64,000 bases of DNA from NCBI GenBank assembly GCA_000320545.1, contig ADNK01000544.1:1-64000 (forward strand). Direction: 5' to 3'. The translations under genes were made by a program, and so were the position numbers. Positions within the stretch are counted from its first letter, which is position 1; the number at the start of each line of letters is the position of its first letter. The notes below the pieces were generated by a model that saw nothing but the letters and a program-made list of their open reading frames with translations, did no database searches and was not told the DNA's origin. Origin of the DNA: Bigelowiella natans CCMP2755 (Eukaryota > Protista > Cercozoa). Shown one piece after another: positions 11,403-25,507 of the stretch.

Positions 11403-12214
11403 TTACTATTATTTACAAAGACAAACACATCATGTAATCAATCGATCGTCTCTAAATTATAATAATTATATAGCATTTGCTGGATTGTCTTGACTAATAC
11501 TTTGACAGTGAGAAATGAAAAGACGCGTAGAAAGAGATATAGGTTGGGTATAGATGGAGATAGATAGATCGATAGAGAGAGAGAGAGAGAGAGAGAATAG
11601 GTATGTTTTTCTTCTTCTTTTATCCTCATAATAATGCTGGAGGTGCTGCATTGAAACCCCCCCCCTTCCGAAGTACCGTTCTAATGTAGGGTCTTTCTTT
11701 CCTCTTCTTCGATATTGTAAGCACCTTGATCACGTGCATCATTAGTACGATTGCATGTATCCATACGACTACATATCACCACCACCACCACCACCATCAC
11801 CATCATCATCATGTGTTGGTTCTTTCTTCTTCTACTTTGAAGATGATAATATCACCGCTACTACTCTGTACGCCGTTGAAAACATAGAATAAGAAGCACA
11901 TACCTCCCGCATGGTAGATTCATCACCCTCAGAGAAAATCGTTATTGCAGTTCCTGATTGATATATTATATGAATATTAACACAACATATAATATGTATA
12001 TAATATAACATATCCACCGAGCTACGATGGGACCGGTGGGAGCAACCAACCTTTCAGGCCAATACGTGCCGTCCTTCCAACACGATGAATATACCTTGAG
12101 CAGCAGCAGCAGCAGCAGCAGCAAAGAGCAGACAAATACAATAGGACGAGGAGGAGGAAGGAGGAATACGTAAGAATGACGATGTTGCGAACAAAATTCA
12201 ATTAAAACCATCGC

Positions 12215-12247
<33 letters not shown>

Positions 12248-13612
12248 TATTATAATTATTATTATGGCTACCACGATCCTCTTTGTTTGATTATTACAAT
12301 ACTTTCCGGTCCCCCCTTCTTCTTACAAATTCTTCCAACAACTAACTACTACGTTTTCAAGTTCCGAGGCGCATCAAGGTTGACGATGCAAGAGATCTAC
12401 AATCCATGGATATCAATTGCTACACGTCAGCAGCTAGTATGAATGATTACGAATTAGCAGCATTGTTATTTCTTACTATTATCAATATGCTCCTTATGAA
12501 GGAGAAGAAAGAAAACATCAAACCATCCAACAACACAACATTACATTATTGAACACCACCTACCATCATCATCGTCATCATCATCATCATCATATGTAGT
12601 AGCACATACGTGCATGTATTTCTGGCCAGACAAGCTGCCCATCTCCATACTACCACTATACTACTACTACTACTACTATTACTATTACTAATACCCCTTG
12701 GATATCCAGCCCCCTTGCACCTAGATCGCTACTAATCTGATTGTTAGTTTGATGTAAGTTGACTGCTGGCTGTTAAAAAAAATTAGTAGTTGTGAAAATT
12801 ATTACAACTTACCGATACTGTTGTTTTGATAATTAATTCTCATCCTCATCATCATCATCATCATCATCACCATCACCAAGGTGTTCTCCTACTCACTGCT
12901 TAGAAATGCATCATTATTACTTAGTTACCATGTAATCTGCATGTCCTTTGGCAAATCGATCCAATCCAGCAAGTCTCTCCTGCATGTCTAAATCGCCATG
13001 CAGCTCAACGCACGACATATGAAATCCCTATTATTAATAGTTATAGTTTCAACAACCAAACAATATAGGAAGTAAGTACGTAAAATGCAACAACATTACG
13101 AATGTGCATCGCCATCTAGGAGTAGTAGCATAAGGACAGCTGATCATCCTTCTTTGATTGTCACTGTTATTGTATTCACGCCTTTTCCTCCTCGTTCTTC
13201 TTCTTCATCATCATCATCAATGGCATGATCAATCTCATCATGTCACCACTAGCAGCAGCAGCAGCGGCTATTCCTTTCTTCGCCCTCCAACGTGATCATC
13301 ATCATCATCATCATCGTCGTCATCATCATAATCAGCGCCTGATCTAGTCACTACTTAGTACTACTACCCTAAGAATAATGGCGAGGCGATGAGCTTTGTA
13401 CTTAAAATTGGTGAAGATTATTGTCCTCTTTGGAAGTTCCGATTCCAAAAGCCACAACAGTGCTCCTTCCTGTATATAATCATCATCATCATCATCATCA
13501 TCATCCTCGTGATTATTATCACCATCATCCATCTGGTTTCGTGACCACACACCTTGAAAGCTTTTTTGTCAACCCAAAGCACCTCCTGTCGTAGCGTTGA
13601 TACCTGTGTGTG

Positions 13613-13680
<68 letters not shown>

Positions 13681-13847
13681 TACGGTGATCATAACTGAAA
13701 GAGAACAAGAAATTTGTGTATGAATACATTGACCCTCCCCCCCCTCTCCTCTCCTCTCCCCCCACAAGCGTATTTTTATTAAATGTTAGGTTTAAGAGCA
13801 ATGATAAAGTTAGCAGTATAGAAGATGGGGACAACATGATCGCTTGA

Positions 13848-13888
<41 letters not shown>

Positions 13889-14659
13889 TGTAAATATAAA
13901 TATCACATTATTATCTTCCAACAGGACAACACGACAAGGCACACGATAAAACAAGAAAGTCAAAACGAAGAGGCAACAACAACAACATTGACGATGACGA
14001 CTAAGCCAGCGACAGAGATGCTGATGAAGAAGAAGAATAAGGATAAGAGTGAAAGGTTGATCATCACCGTTTGCAATGAGTGTGACAAACGTATTCTTAT
14101 GGGGTCCTTTAGGGTAAACTGTAAGCAGATCAATCAGTAGTAGCATGGTATATATAATGATGATTTTGTCAATATCTTCCATTATTCTTCTAAAATAATG
14201 AGACGTATTTACTTATAGGCGTTTTGATCAGTAGGTCAAGACGAAGAAAAAGGGAGAGAAGAAGAGGAAGAGAAGAAGGAAAGAGAATTAGACCGGAAGG
14301 AGTATTTGATTATCATCATTATTGCAAAATGAATATTAGTTAATCGATCACCATCAATCATATAACTAACCTTGGATAGATCCTTAATGTTGGAATTTAG
14401 AGTAGCAGAGAAGAGAGACGTCTGTGGACAATGAGTAGTAGTACCAAAGACTAGTAATTAGGAGGAACTAGATGTAGCGTCTGGCATGATCATGTACTTA
14501 TTTGTGGACTACATAAAGAAATTCGTCGTTATCCTGATGATCATCAGACTCCATGATCATCATCATCATCGTTATCATCAGCATCATTCGTCGTACCTGT
14601 CTTCCTTTGGCAGATTCTCTACAACTTTTTAGAAGCTCTAGTATTTGCAACTCAAAACC

Positions 14660-14692
<33 letters not shown>

Positions 14693-16395
14693 GTTCTTGT
14701 TGTTGTTGGTGTTGTCGTTGTTATCCACCAGCATTACCTCACTAATATGCATCTAAAATACTATATTAATAAGCGATCATGATGACGTGGTTGTGGTGAC
14801 ATGATGTTTAATGATTGTTATGTAGCACCTGGCATGAGCAACCTATCTGCTTCATCGAGGACGAGTGTAAAGATCCCAGATAGATAGTTTCGAGGCAGAA
14901 AGTTGCGCAAGTGGTCAATGATTCTTCCTGTAGTTCCAACCTTACCACAGGGAGGAGGAGGAGGAGGAGGAGGAGGAGGAGGAGGAAGAGGCATCATCAT
15001 CATCAGCAGCAGCATCATCACTGCTACGACTATTAAGTACCACAAGTGTCGGTTTATTCATGAGTTGTCTTTCTTGATCACGCAGTTTTAATCCCCCAAC
15101 TGCAACCACAGCACTAAACTGGAAGGATGATGAAAGTCATATGACAATCTAAAGTTGTTCATTTGTGAAGAAATAGATGCTAATTTTATAAGGAAAGGAA
15201 GTGCCAAGGATGGATAAAAGCGCAAGATTAAGTCGATTATGCACATATCCCAAAAATTCGTATTCTTGGTTTGCTTTTTTTTTCCTCTCTCTCTCTCTCC
15301 ATTTCTGTTTGTGTGTTCTATGTGCCAAGCTGTTGATGTACTTACTATTAAATGCAACCAATGCATAATAAAAATATATTGTAAATGAAATTTTGAAGCA
15401 AAATTCTGTATAAGACAACTACAAGTACCTGGAATGATTTAGCAGCTGCTAGCCTTGTGAATACATCCTGTTATTTGTCGTTCACAGTTGTATCAATAGC
15501 AACGGAAAGGAGAACACCAAAGGAATACATACCGTACTCTGCGTCGCCAATTCACGTGTTGGAACCAAGATCTATTGCCAATTACAATCGTCATTGATAG
15601 TCGCAGGTAGCATGAAGCAAGTAGGCAATGCAGCAACTACAGCATTCAGCAAAAGGAAGAACAACCAGTCCTTTTGTGGATGGCGTCGTAGTCCGTTTAC
15701 TGTTCACAGTAAATTGTCCCTGTCCTTCTTCTAGCAGCCGGTGGAGAAAAGGCAGCAAGTAAGCACCTGTTTTGCCAGATCCCGTCTGAAAGTGATCATG
15801 ATGACAACCAGCATAAAACCAAGATGTGTGATTCTCAACAATAGAAATGTTCATGTCGATATCACATCCAATCATTATAACTATTACCTCTGCAGTTACA
15901 ATAACATCTCTTCCCTGAAGAACGAGCGGAATAACTGCTGCTTGGACTCTACCATAAAATGAGTTATAAACAACGAATGCCAGCAGCATAAAGTGTGGCG
16001 AATCACCTAGAATAAGAATACTTACTTTGTAGGTTTCTTCCACCCAATTGAAAAAGCCCTTTCGACAACTCTTTCATCAATCTTGGAGATAAATAATGAA
16101 GAAATTTGAAGGTATTGAAATTATAATTCATAACATTCAAGTTGTACTACCGAAAGCTCTCCAAAGTTCTTTGTGGAAAATAGTTCAGCATCTGACCATA
16201 GGTAATTTATTTAGCAACCTAGCCAAGAAGCATGGAATGCGGGCTCAATCACCTCCTCTTCCCTCAGCCCTACCATCTTCCGAATTTCGATGCCCAGCGC
16301 TGTTGCGTTTGGCAATGCACAGTGGCAGCAATCCTTGGGGACTGAGCAGGGCAATGAAAGCGAGAGACCAAAATAATGCAGGCTCTCGCATCCAT
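10079..16395 (-). CDS. DEAD-box RNA helicase, DRS1/DDX27-like; multi-exon, with signal-peptide-like N-terminus
   Basis: Q motif KPTK|VQ, AE|TGSGKT, LVPTRELATQ (~15541-15570), GTTGRIIDH, LVLDEADRLL, SLFSATL (~14398-14420), IIFTNFKYKAHRL, ELHGDL, ARGLDI, YIHRVGRTAR (~12063-12093). Subfamily is inferred from AHRL...ELHG. Confidence 0.9.
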
Positions 16396-16548
16396 AGTAA
16401 TCCTATGGTGAAATCCGAGGGGGATGGTGTTCTCCTCTCTTAGTACGTGAATGTAAGAGTCGTCCCATATGTCCCAAGAACTAGTAGCTGATCGTCGTCG
16501 TAGTCATGATGATCGCACCGAGGGGAGGAGGAGAAGTTGATCGTCAAA

Positions 16549-16582
<34 letters not shown>

Positions 16583-16589
16583 GAGGTCA

Positions 16590-16670
16590 TATTGGCCTAT
16601 TTTAGGGAATAATACACCGGAAATAGTACTATCGTTCTTCTAACATTATTGGCCTATTTTAGGGAATAAT
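16590..16670 (+). repeat. 24-bp direct repeat upstream of the helicase gene
   Basis: TATTGGCCTATTTTAGGGAATAAT at 16590-16613 and 16647-16670. Confidence 0.9.
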
Positions 16671-16845
16671 AATTATACAAATGAAAAAATACTAATCTAG
16701 GAAGAAATCTAGGAAATATTCTTATTACGACATGTAGGCTACAAGCATCATCATGACCCGTCGAGGATCGAGGGATCGGAAAAGAAGATGGATCCCCTGG
16801 AAGGAGATCTCTTTGGTCCTAAAATGAGATCTTCAAGCTCCTCGA

Positions 16846-17950
16846 TGGCTAGAATGCCATTCTTGATTCCTTCTGGTTTCACTAATTAGACCTCTCTAAA
16901 GTTAGTTTGAGGCATTGCGTTTCGCACACTGTAAATGTCTTGCAACATTTTGGAAATGCAGTTTGTCATCGCATTGCACGTTTCATTGTTTGTCATTTCG
17001 TGGAATCTTCGCTGGCTGCTCCACACAGCTGAAACGCAAATTTTTCAAATCCCTTCAGTCTTCAAGCAAGTTCGAGGCACTGCGTTTCACACTTTGCAAA
17101 TGCCTTGCAATGTTTTGGAAATGCAGTTCGCTTCATCACGCGTTTGTTTGTTCGATCCTCGCTAGCTCGAATGGAACTTGCATCAGGAACATTGGACCTG
17201 TCCGAACCAAGCATGGACACAGTGTGCACATTGCACGCTGCACGCTCATTGCGCACGTGCTGTGGCACGCACGTTGACATCCGGATCCGGCGACGCGTGC
17301 TTGTGCTGTCCCATCTAGCCATCGTGATTTGCTGCGCATGATGAGTCAACACACTGCTCGCCAACCTAGCAATGTGCACGCGCCTAGCGCAGCGAAGTCT
17401 GACTGCTTTGAAATCGCAATCGGTTGCTGCGATGCTATGTGCTCGCATGCATGCACACGTTCGATCATGGCAGCCGCACATGCACACGCGCTAGTGTGCG
17501 ATGCAATTGCCGATTTTGTGCATGCAGTACGTGCGTGTGGAAAGCCGCCACGCCATGCCATGGCTAGTGCTTCGTGACGTACGGTTGTGTTGACGCCGCC
17601 AGTCCAAACTTTGCGCGCTTGCATGTTTCACAGCGCAAGCTAGCAGGCCGCTACCTGTGCGTGCTGCATCCGAGCGAGCGAACAATCCGCACCACAACCA
17701 CATCTACATAGCTGTGCATGTCATGGCTAGATGGCATGCACACGAACGCCAGACGGCAGCTAGATGTGTGCGATTCACTTGTTTTGCAGCTTGATGGCAT
17801 GTCACGCATCATGATCTGGATGAATAGATCTAAACTTACAGATGGGTAGATGAACAATGCTAGAATGCATCCCGATGTTGGATGCGACAGCGAACAGTCA
17901 TCCACACAGTGCCTCTTCGAACCTAACCTTCGGCACTCTTTGTCCTAAGC
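16846..17950 (+). mobile_element. Non-coding dispersed repeat, copy 1 (putative non-autonomous transposon); right end approximate
   Basis: Begins TGGCTAGAATGCCATTCTTGATTCCTT, the reverse complement of 51011-51037; subterminal repeat GAGGCAYTGCGTTTCRCAC...TTGCAAYRTTTTGGAAATGCAGTT at ~16909 and ~17074. Confidence 0.7.
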
Positions 17951-17979
17951 CAATGTACGTGACGTTATAAACAAATTTC

Positions 17980-19571
17980 TCATGGTACTTTTCGTGCATA
18001 CAAAGCTGTTGCTGCCTTCGTCATGAGTTTCGTGCGCTTGTTTGTCACATACGGTGCACGTTGGAAGTTTGTCGCCCCTGGGTTAAACTCCGGAGTTTCG
18101 ATAAAGTTTAGGAAAAGATTTTCTAACCGTAGTCTTAACCCACTCAAACTGGATTCAGATCTGCCCCTTGAGACCATGTCTTGCTCACGGTTTACAAGCT
18201 CTACAATGTCCCTGGTAAGGAGGCAATCGAATTCCCTCACAGTAAATTTGACGTTAAGAATTATATCCAGGCGCTGTCGAGCAGGAATCTTTCTTAATTT
18301 CAGCCCATTATACAATTGCACCAGCTCTGAAGCGCGAGTCGTTACAGGTGTGACTACCTCGATGTAGTCTCCCTGGGCTGTTAGCCACTCCTTGGGTGAT
18401 GCCATCAATTCTAACCTAGCTTTGATTCTCTCCTCCTTTACTGCCGAGCGAGCCTTGATCTTGAGCTTATCGATAGTCTGTAGCAACTTAATCTCTTTGT
18501 GCAGCAACTCCTTCAGTGCTTGTGCTATCTGCTCATCAGTTCCACCTTCGTCTCGAATACTTTTTTCTTGATACCGTTTCCAAGCCTCAAGTTCCTTGTA
18601 CAGAGCATCAAAATCTGCCTTCGACTTAGGATTCATTCTTCGATTAATCTTATCCTGTTCAGCTTCCTTGGCTAATTTCTCATCGAGTTCCTTTTTCTTC
18701 TTTTCCGCAATTAATCGGTTACGCTTCTGGTGATAGAATTGAGCGACTTTCCTCCAAGCGAAACATTGCCTTATGAAGCATTGAATGGCTAAGGCTTTCT
18801 CCTTCTTTAATGATATCAGCTCTTCCGTCGTGAAATAGGGCTGAGAGGCTATTATCTTGTCATTTGCAGTATCAATGAAAAGGTCTTTCCTAGCCATCTG
18901 GGTTCCCTGCTCCCGTTTAGACTGCACAGATTTTGTGCTGAGATCTACAGTTTGTGTCTCACGGTGGAACTTAGCGATTTTTGACTCCTTCGGCTTTCTC
19001 GTCGTTTGGGTGCAAGCATGGTGATACACCAGTCCGTTGCGCTTGTCACGATATCCCCCGAAATACTTCTTCTTTGTATCCTCTGATTCTATCTGCACCT
19101 TCACTACGACTGGGTGACCGTTGACGTCAGAGTCAACCATGACATCGATTACACTCGGCATCTTGTACTCAACACTCTTTGGCTGCAAAAGGGTGGCCAC
19201 CACTTGCAACACCACATCACGCTCTGCGAGAAACTCTGTTAAATACCTACAGAGGAAATATAGAGTATTTCGATTATCACCGTTTTGAAATAGGATTCAA
19301 ATCATGCATGCTAATTTTTATAAAGACTTGTAAGTCCTGCGGCTCATAATTATTAAAATGATCAAATATAGAGTAGTTCTTTGGGATTGGTTCGTACATT
19401 GAATCTTTCATTGGTCTTCCTTCCCGCGTCTCAAGGCCTAGTCTTGTGAATGGAATACTGAGCTTTTTACAAAGAATCAGACGCACTTGTTTCATAGATA
19501 AGAGAGGATCGAAACTATCCATCACTCTGAACTTCTCGGGCATTACGAGCACCTCCATGTTTACGAGGCTA

Positions 19572-19610
<39 letters not shown>

Positions 19611-20111
19611 TGGAGCAGCGCGGATGTATTTTCACCCATGTGAATGCCTTCGCTGGTAGGAACGTTCTGTGCAATTTAAGAATGATAAATATGGACGGAA
19701 GCAGATAAAACTGTAAGCAGGAGAATAAGTATCATTCAAATTTGTTGTACCATAGCTTCATCTTTCGTCTTGGCTTGAGCCTCCTCAGAAGCGGTCCCAA
19801 CGTTCTCGGCAGTTTTCATTTGAGACTTTGACTCTATTTCCTCGGAATCTATGAATATATTTTATCGCAGTAGCGTCCATACAAGAATGCATAATTATAG
19901 TCGTAGTACGAAAAATCATGAGGTAAGATATGCATAGCCTCTCTCTGCGTGTGCGTGTTTTAATCGGTCGAAAATATCCATAGAAATGGGTACCTTTGCC
20001 TTCAATGTTGCCCTTCTTTTCGTCTTCCGATTTAGAGGCTTCCATACTCTTCCTCAAGCCCTCGTCAGCAACACCCTCCAACGTTGTTTTACCTCCAGTC
20101 TCCTCCCTCAT
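17980..20111 (-). CDS. IQUB: IQ motif and ubiquitin-like domain protein (flagellar radial spoke, FAP253-like)
   Basis: KKYFGGYRDKRNGLVYHHACTQT, HRETQT, IQ motif IQCFIRQCFAWR, INRRMNPKSKADFDALY, FIETPEFNP; ubiquitin-like segment in the 19277-19639 region. Confidence 0.92.
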
Positions 20112-21011
20112 TTAAGCTTTAATTTTGTGATAATAGAATGAAAGCAATCAAATCAATTTTGAAATCAACGTTATTATCAAGGATGCTTCGATCTTGTAAT
20201 ATGCAGATTCCCATAAAAAGCTGGTTTATGAGCCCCATGCCATTTGTAGTTAAATATTTTTTTTGTTGGACGAATTTCCCCTAATTTTCATTATTATTCG
20301 ATCGAAAGCGTTTAGTCTGGGTCGAACCGTTTTGTAATTATTGAGACAGAGTCCCTTCCGCGCTCAAAGGGGACAGGAGAGGGGGGGGGCGTCGAAGGTG
20401 GCAGTAACGGCACAGAACTGCCCTTGCAAGTGTTCGACAGAAGATTTATTTCTGATATATTTGGAAATAGACTTCAATCCTTAAGTGCGACATAAGGCGT
20501 AGTCTCACAAAACTATTTACGTACAAAACTTTGAAATGAAGCTCTCATTTTGCGAGAAACCAGTTGCATTCTATTTCCTTCCGAAGTATTATTATTCATG
20601 TTTCGTTTTATTATTTATTTATTCGGGGAATTTAGGAATTCATTTCTTCGACGATCACATGTACATTATGAGCGTCGTCAGCAGTGATTAAATACATGGG
20701 ATTTTTGACTAAATATGTGTCTATCATGTCCAGTTTAAGGCTAGAAACCCCTTCTCTCCAGTAACGGCTGCCACGCTTCTACTGAACGAGTAAACTCGGA
20801 CTAGATCTAGTTTCGTGGGAGGAGGGAGGACGCAGCCACTCTCCCAGCGTTCCAACATTCGTTATTATTCACTAGTAGTGCCAAACCCACAACTGCTAGT
20901 TTACTCTAGATTTACATCGATTTCGACTCGCTCCTCCCTTTGACACCAGGACTTTCTCGCTCAAGAATCAGGGTTCCGCGAAGCTTCGAAGCTGTTTCGA
21001 GCTAAACAGTC

Positions 21012-21909
21012 ATGGCGTTTGTGAATCGAAACAAACGCCATACTGACGAGTTCTTCAGCAGTAGTATCCAGACGACAGAATTTGTTGGTCCAGGCGCCTA
21101 TGTTGACACAAATAGTATCAATCCACGCCCCTGCGGAGGCCTCGCGCCTTTCGGCGCATCGGCGGATAGAGGTGTATTATCGATTCCCTATAAATTTTCG
21201 CCTGGACCTGGAGAGTACGAAGCCACGAACACCTCCCAGGTAATGAAAACGAAATAATACACACGAGCAGACTTTTTTTTCAGCGAGTAGGCAGTATAAT
21301 TTGTAGAATTCTTACGGAATCAATGAATATGATCAATTGAAGCTGGGGAAAATATCGGGAGCGAGCACAGCGTTTCAGAGCCGGACTAAGCGCCACACTT
21401 TCAACCAAAAATCGCCGCAACCAGGTCACACTCATTTTCTGCATATAACAAATATCATTAGCTAAGAGGTCAATGCTGCCAATAAAATTAATTTTGTATC
21501 ATTGCTTCGTTTTGACGAATCAAGTCAGACATTTACACCTTCCTGAAATGCTTTCATAATTTTAGGACCAGGAAAGTATGCTCCTAAGAAAAACGACTGG
21601 GTTCGATTTCCAGAAAATCAGAGTCATTTCTTTGGCGGGTAGTTATACTCAGCAGGGCCTAATTCAAACATCAAAAAGCTAGCTTAATACCCAAACCTAC
21701 TTAAATGTTTCGAGCTGTGCTCGAGGCTGCCTTTCTCCATAATTTGTTGATTGAATTGAATAAAATAAGGGGTCGTGCAAAAAACGAAGGAGGCATGAGA
21801 CGAAGTACCAAAATAGAATGGGTTCGAGTTGCTCAACCTCCATCAATCCCGTACAAGAAGGAAAAATACGGGTATTATTATTATTTATAATAATCATAGT
21901 AATTAATGA

Positions 21910-21944
<35 letters not shown>

Positions 21945-22200
21945 AAAGTAGTAGTGGTAGTCGTTGTTGTTGGAGTAGAGAAGGGGCAAACTGGGTCAAC
22001 TTATAATTAGGAGAAAACAACAAGTCAACTAAAAAATTGTAAGTGGATTACTTTTTCAGTCATACTCATATCTTCCCCCCTCTTTCCTCTTTCGTTAAGC
22101 TACATTCCGGGAGATTTTGGTGAATTAATATCGGAGAAGGGACCGGATCTTAGGTGAGTGGATGTTGCTGTTGCTGCTCAATATTGGATCATCCATCTCT

Positions 22201-22252
<52 letters not shown>

Positions 22253-22822
22253 ATTTCTCTCTCAAACATACGTGCTTGTAGTTGTGTTGATTTTGTACTC
22301 ACTATTCAGCAACCAAGAAATGAACACTGCTGCTTCTCGCCAGACATCGGTGTGTGTCATCATTTTTATAAGCATGTTTTTTCTATGTAACGGAAACGCT
22401 ATATAGGTAGTTCATATAAGCAGCATCTGAGAAGCGTAAACTAGAGTATAATGTCATATAGATCAACGCGAAGAATTGTCTGTCATCCGAATATTTGTTC
22501 TAATTCCCATAATTATACAATTGACATTACTGATTCGATGATTTGCAAAAAAGCAGCAGCATCATCATGTATCTCCGTGGAAGGTCTCAAAGACCAGACG
22601 AAGCCTCTTTGACGCAAAGCCTATCCCTGGACCCGGAACTTATAATTTATCATCAGACAATCATCCTAGCAATGATTATTATCAGCAGCAGTCCTTCGGT
22701 ACCTCATCTCTCGCTTCAAATACAAAGCGATTTGCAAAAGCAGACACCCCAGGCCCAGGACCTTTTGGATACGACAAGGTAGTAGTAGTTGGAGGAGAAA
22801 GACACTAAGGAAGAAAGATGAT

Positions 22823-22869
<47 letters not shown>

Positions 22870-25507
22870 GCAGTATTATCAGAGAAAATGATGATGAAGA
22901 CTGTTTTGCTCGAATTTTTGAGCGAAATGATGCATGTTCAAATCACATATGCAACAACTAAGCATTGCTCTGGTGCTGTTTAAGGTTAAAGCAAGCCAAG
23001 CTCTCCGAAAGAAAATCGACAACTATGGTGGTCGGTCAATATAATAATAGTAATACCAAAAAATAGTGTTCTTACAGTTGATGTCGTTTTGTTATGGACC
23101 TTTCTTAACCCCCTATGTATGGTGATACAAGGCTATCGTCTATCTTTAACATCATTATCATGCATCATTCCTTTTGCCCCCTCCTCACATATTCGAAACA
23201 ATAACTCAGGTAGTCATTTTGGATCAACAGCAGAGCGGAAGTCAGTATTCATTCGCGACAACTCCAACCCAGGGCCAGGTATTGCTGCAGAGAGACATAA
23301 AATGAGAAAGATGATTGAAAATGGGTTATGGTGAAAAGTAGTATGTGTGAGCACTGAATCACCTGGAAAGACAAATATCAAGCACAACACTAGAAAAATG
23401 TTCTATCCCGCAAATGAAATCCTAAAAAAATTATCAGCTTATTACGGGCATCATCATCAAAATCGCCATCTTGACAAGAGGAGACTACTTAACCCTAGCC
23501 GTATGAAGAAGTCTACGTCTACAGCGTTCTCATCGAGCTCCCAGAGGTACATACTACTAGTAATATGTAGTAGCTGTAAAAAGTACGTTTCTTATGATTA
23601 AAGATCGAAATCTATCTTCAGGTTTGGATCCAAATCCTTTTCTCATAGCGTTGGACCTGGAGAATATACAGTTACGACTATCTTTGCATTTTCGTATTAT
23701 AATTACATGGCACTACTTTATACATGTATCTGGAAATAGGTATATTACGTGCAAAAACTGTTTAGTTGACAATATGTGTGCTATGCTATGCTATGCTATG
23801 CTATGCTACCAGGTGAGTTCCTCGTTCGAAAAGGAATCCTTTGGTCGCAACGCCTCTTTTGGAATAACAGCCAAAAGGTGAGTCAACAACAAGGAGGGGC
23901 ATCGTCATTATCCCTACCTCAATCAAGTTGTGATGAGTTTTGCCAAGAAAGCTAATCTATTTCGAGTAATGATGGTGATGATGGTGGTTCAGTGAATATA
24001 GAAGCAAAACTTCGAGTACGATCATTCTTTAGTAATTCTTTCTTGTCGTTGAAGCGAATATATTATCCCCTTCTTACATACTTCGCCGTTGTTTATCTGT
24101 TGTGTCCGTTAACTAGATTTAATAAGAAAAAGGGCGGCAAAACTTATGCAATGCCAGGGCCTGGATTCTACAACTCCACCAAGTCATGAAAACCAAGCTT
24201 TCAGACCATAATTAACAATATTAGTGGGGAATATAGTGGCATGATCAGACATTTCTCATTAAGTCCAAATACATAACCTCGAGCACGTTTGGTAGATCTA
24301 TGTTTGTCGATTGTTGTCGTGTTTTTCTTCTGTGTCCCCTTATCTTACACACATCTTCTTTACACGCAGCGCAGCAACACATGGTACGAATCATCGGTAC
24401 CATCACCATCATCATCACCACCATCTATCTATCATTGTCAGGCCTCCTAGTCCTAAACCTTTGCCCGTCTCTTTTGGAGCAGCTAAGAGATTCGTATCCT
24501 CGAAAGATGAACGACCTCGTAATTCTGCTAATCTTAGAAATAATTAATATTCTATCCCTCAAGAATAGTGTAGTGTATTGTTACCTCGGCTACTGCATGG
24601 ACTTGTACATTCTCTACTACGTTTGTAGATGCTAACTATCTTATGCATTGACTTTTACAACTATTATTACTACTACTACTACTACTACTACTACTATCAG
24701 CTGTGGGAATCTATGAAACACGAATGTCATGGGGAAAAGGAAGTCCATCTCGTACACCTGGAAGTGCTGCCTTCAAATCCAAAACGAAACGCCTCGACCC
24801 AGGTAATTAAAAGCATCGAGGAAAGAAGAATGGAAGGATAGCAGCGCATTCAAACAGACATTATTCGGATTCCTACATGCAACAAGCATATTACTGCTTA
24901 GAACAAGTGCTCGTGCCTCCTGCAATCTACCAGCTTTTTGCATCATTCTAGGCTGATTGTGGATAACGTATTATTCTTTAACAGCTTCCAATAAAAAGAT
25001 TCCAGGGCCGGGAGATTATGAGATAGGGTCTAAAAATAAGGGTCGTGTCATTCGTGCTACTCCACCTTCTTTTGGGTTGTAAGCACTCACCTCGATTGTG
25101 ATAGCCATCAGAAGAGTACCATGTGACTAGCTTCATTAATGAAGTCAAGATGCTACAACGGAAGTTTACCTCCATCGACAGAATGCATCTTTTAGTGTAG
25201 CGTTTCATTTCTTAGTGAGTGTTGATGTAAAATTATGTGTGATGACATTACTATGTGATTCTACAGATCAGGAAGTATCCGCTTTGAAATATCAAAGGCC
25301 ATCTCTCGCCTGGGCCTGGTATCAAATCATGCTATTCAGCTGCTAATAATTTTTCCTCGGCCACATTTGAGATTCCATTGCAACACTAATCCCTCCCCCC
25401 CCCCCCCCCCCCCCTTACTATTGACTCTATTACATGCAGGCTCATATGGGGATGGTGGTCAGGCTTTGACAGCGAAAAAAACATACAACGTGACCATAGA
25501 CATGTAG
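21012..25507 (+). CDS. Sperm-tail PG-rich (SHIPPO) repeat protein, STPG2-like; multi-exon
   Basis: Repeated (P/V)GPGxY motifs (VGPGAY, PGPGEY, PGPGTY, PGPGFY, PGPGDY); last exon SYGDGGQALTAKKTYNVTIDM with TAG at 25505-25507. Confidence 0.88.

Noticed and set aside
10390-15091. Many short ORFs with poly-M/I/Y/H/CV tracts, here and throughout the window
   Set aside because: Translations of intronic microsatellites or antisense frames.
16590-16670. 24-bp repeats with a 33-bp spacer resembling a mini-CRISPR
   Set aside because: Only two units, eukaryotic context, no cas genes.
16915-17905. Cys/His/Ala-rich ORFs in repeat regions (also 2410-2753, 6621-7173, 50042-50933)
   Set aside because: Explained by TG/CA-rich composition; no transposase or other motif recognised.
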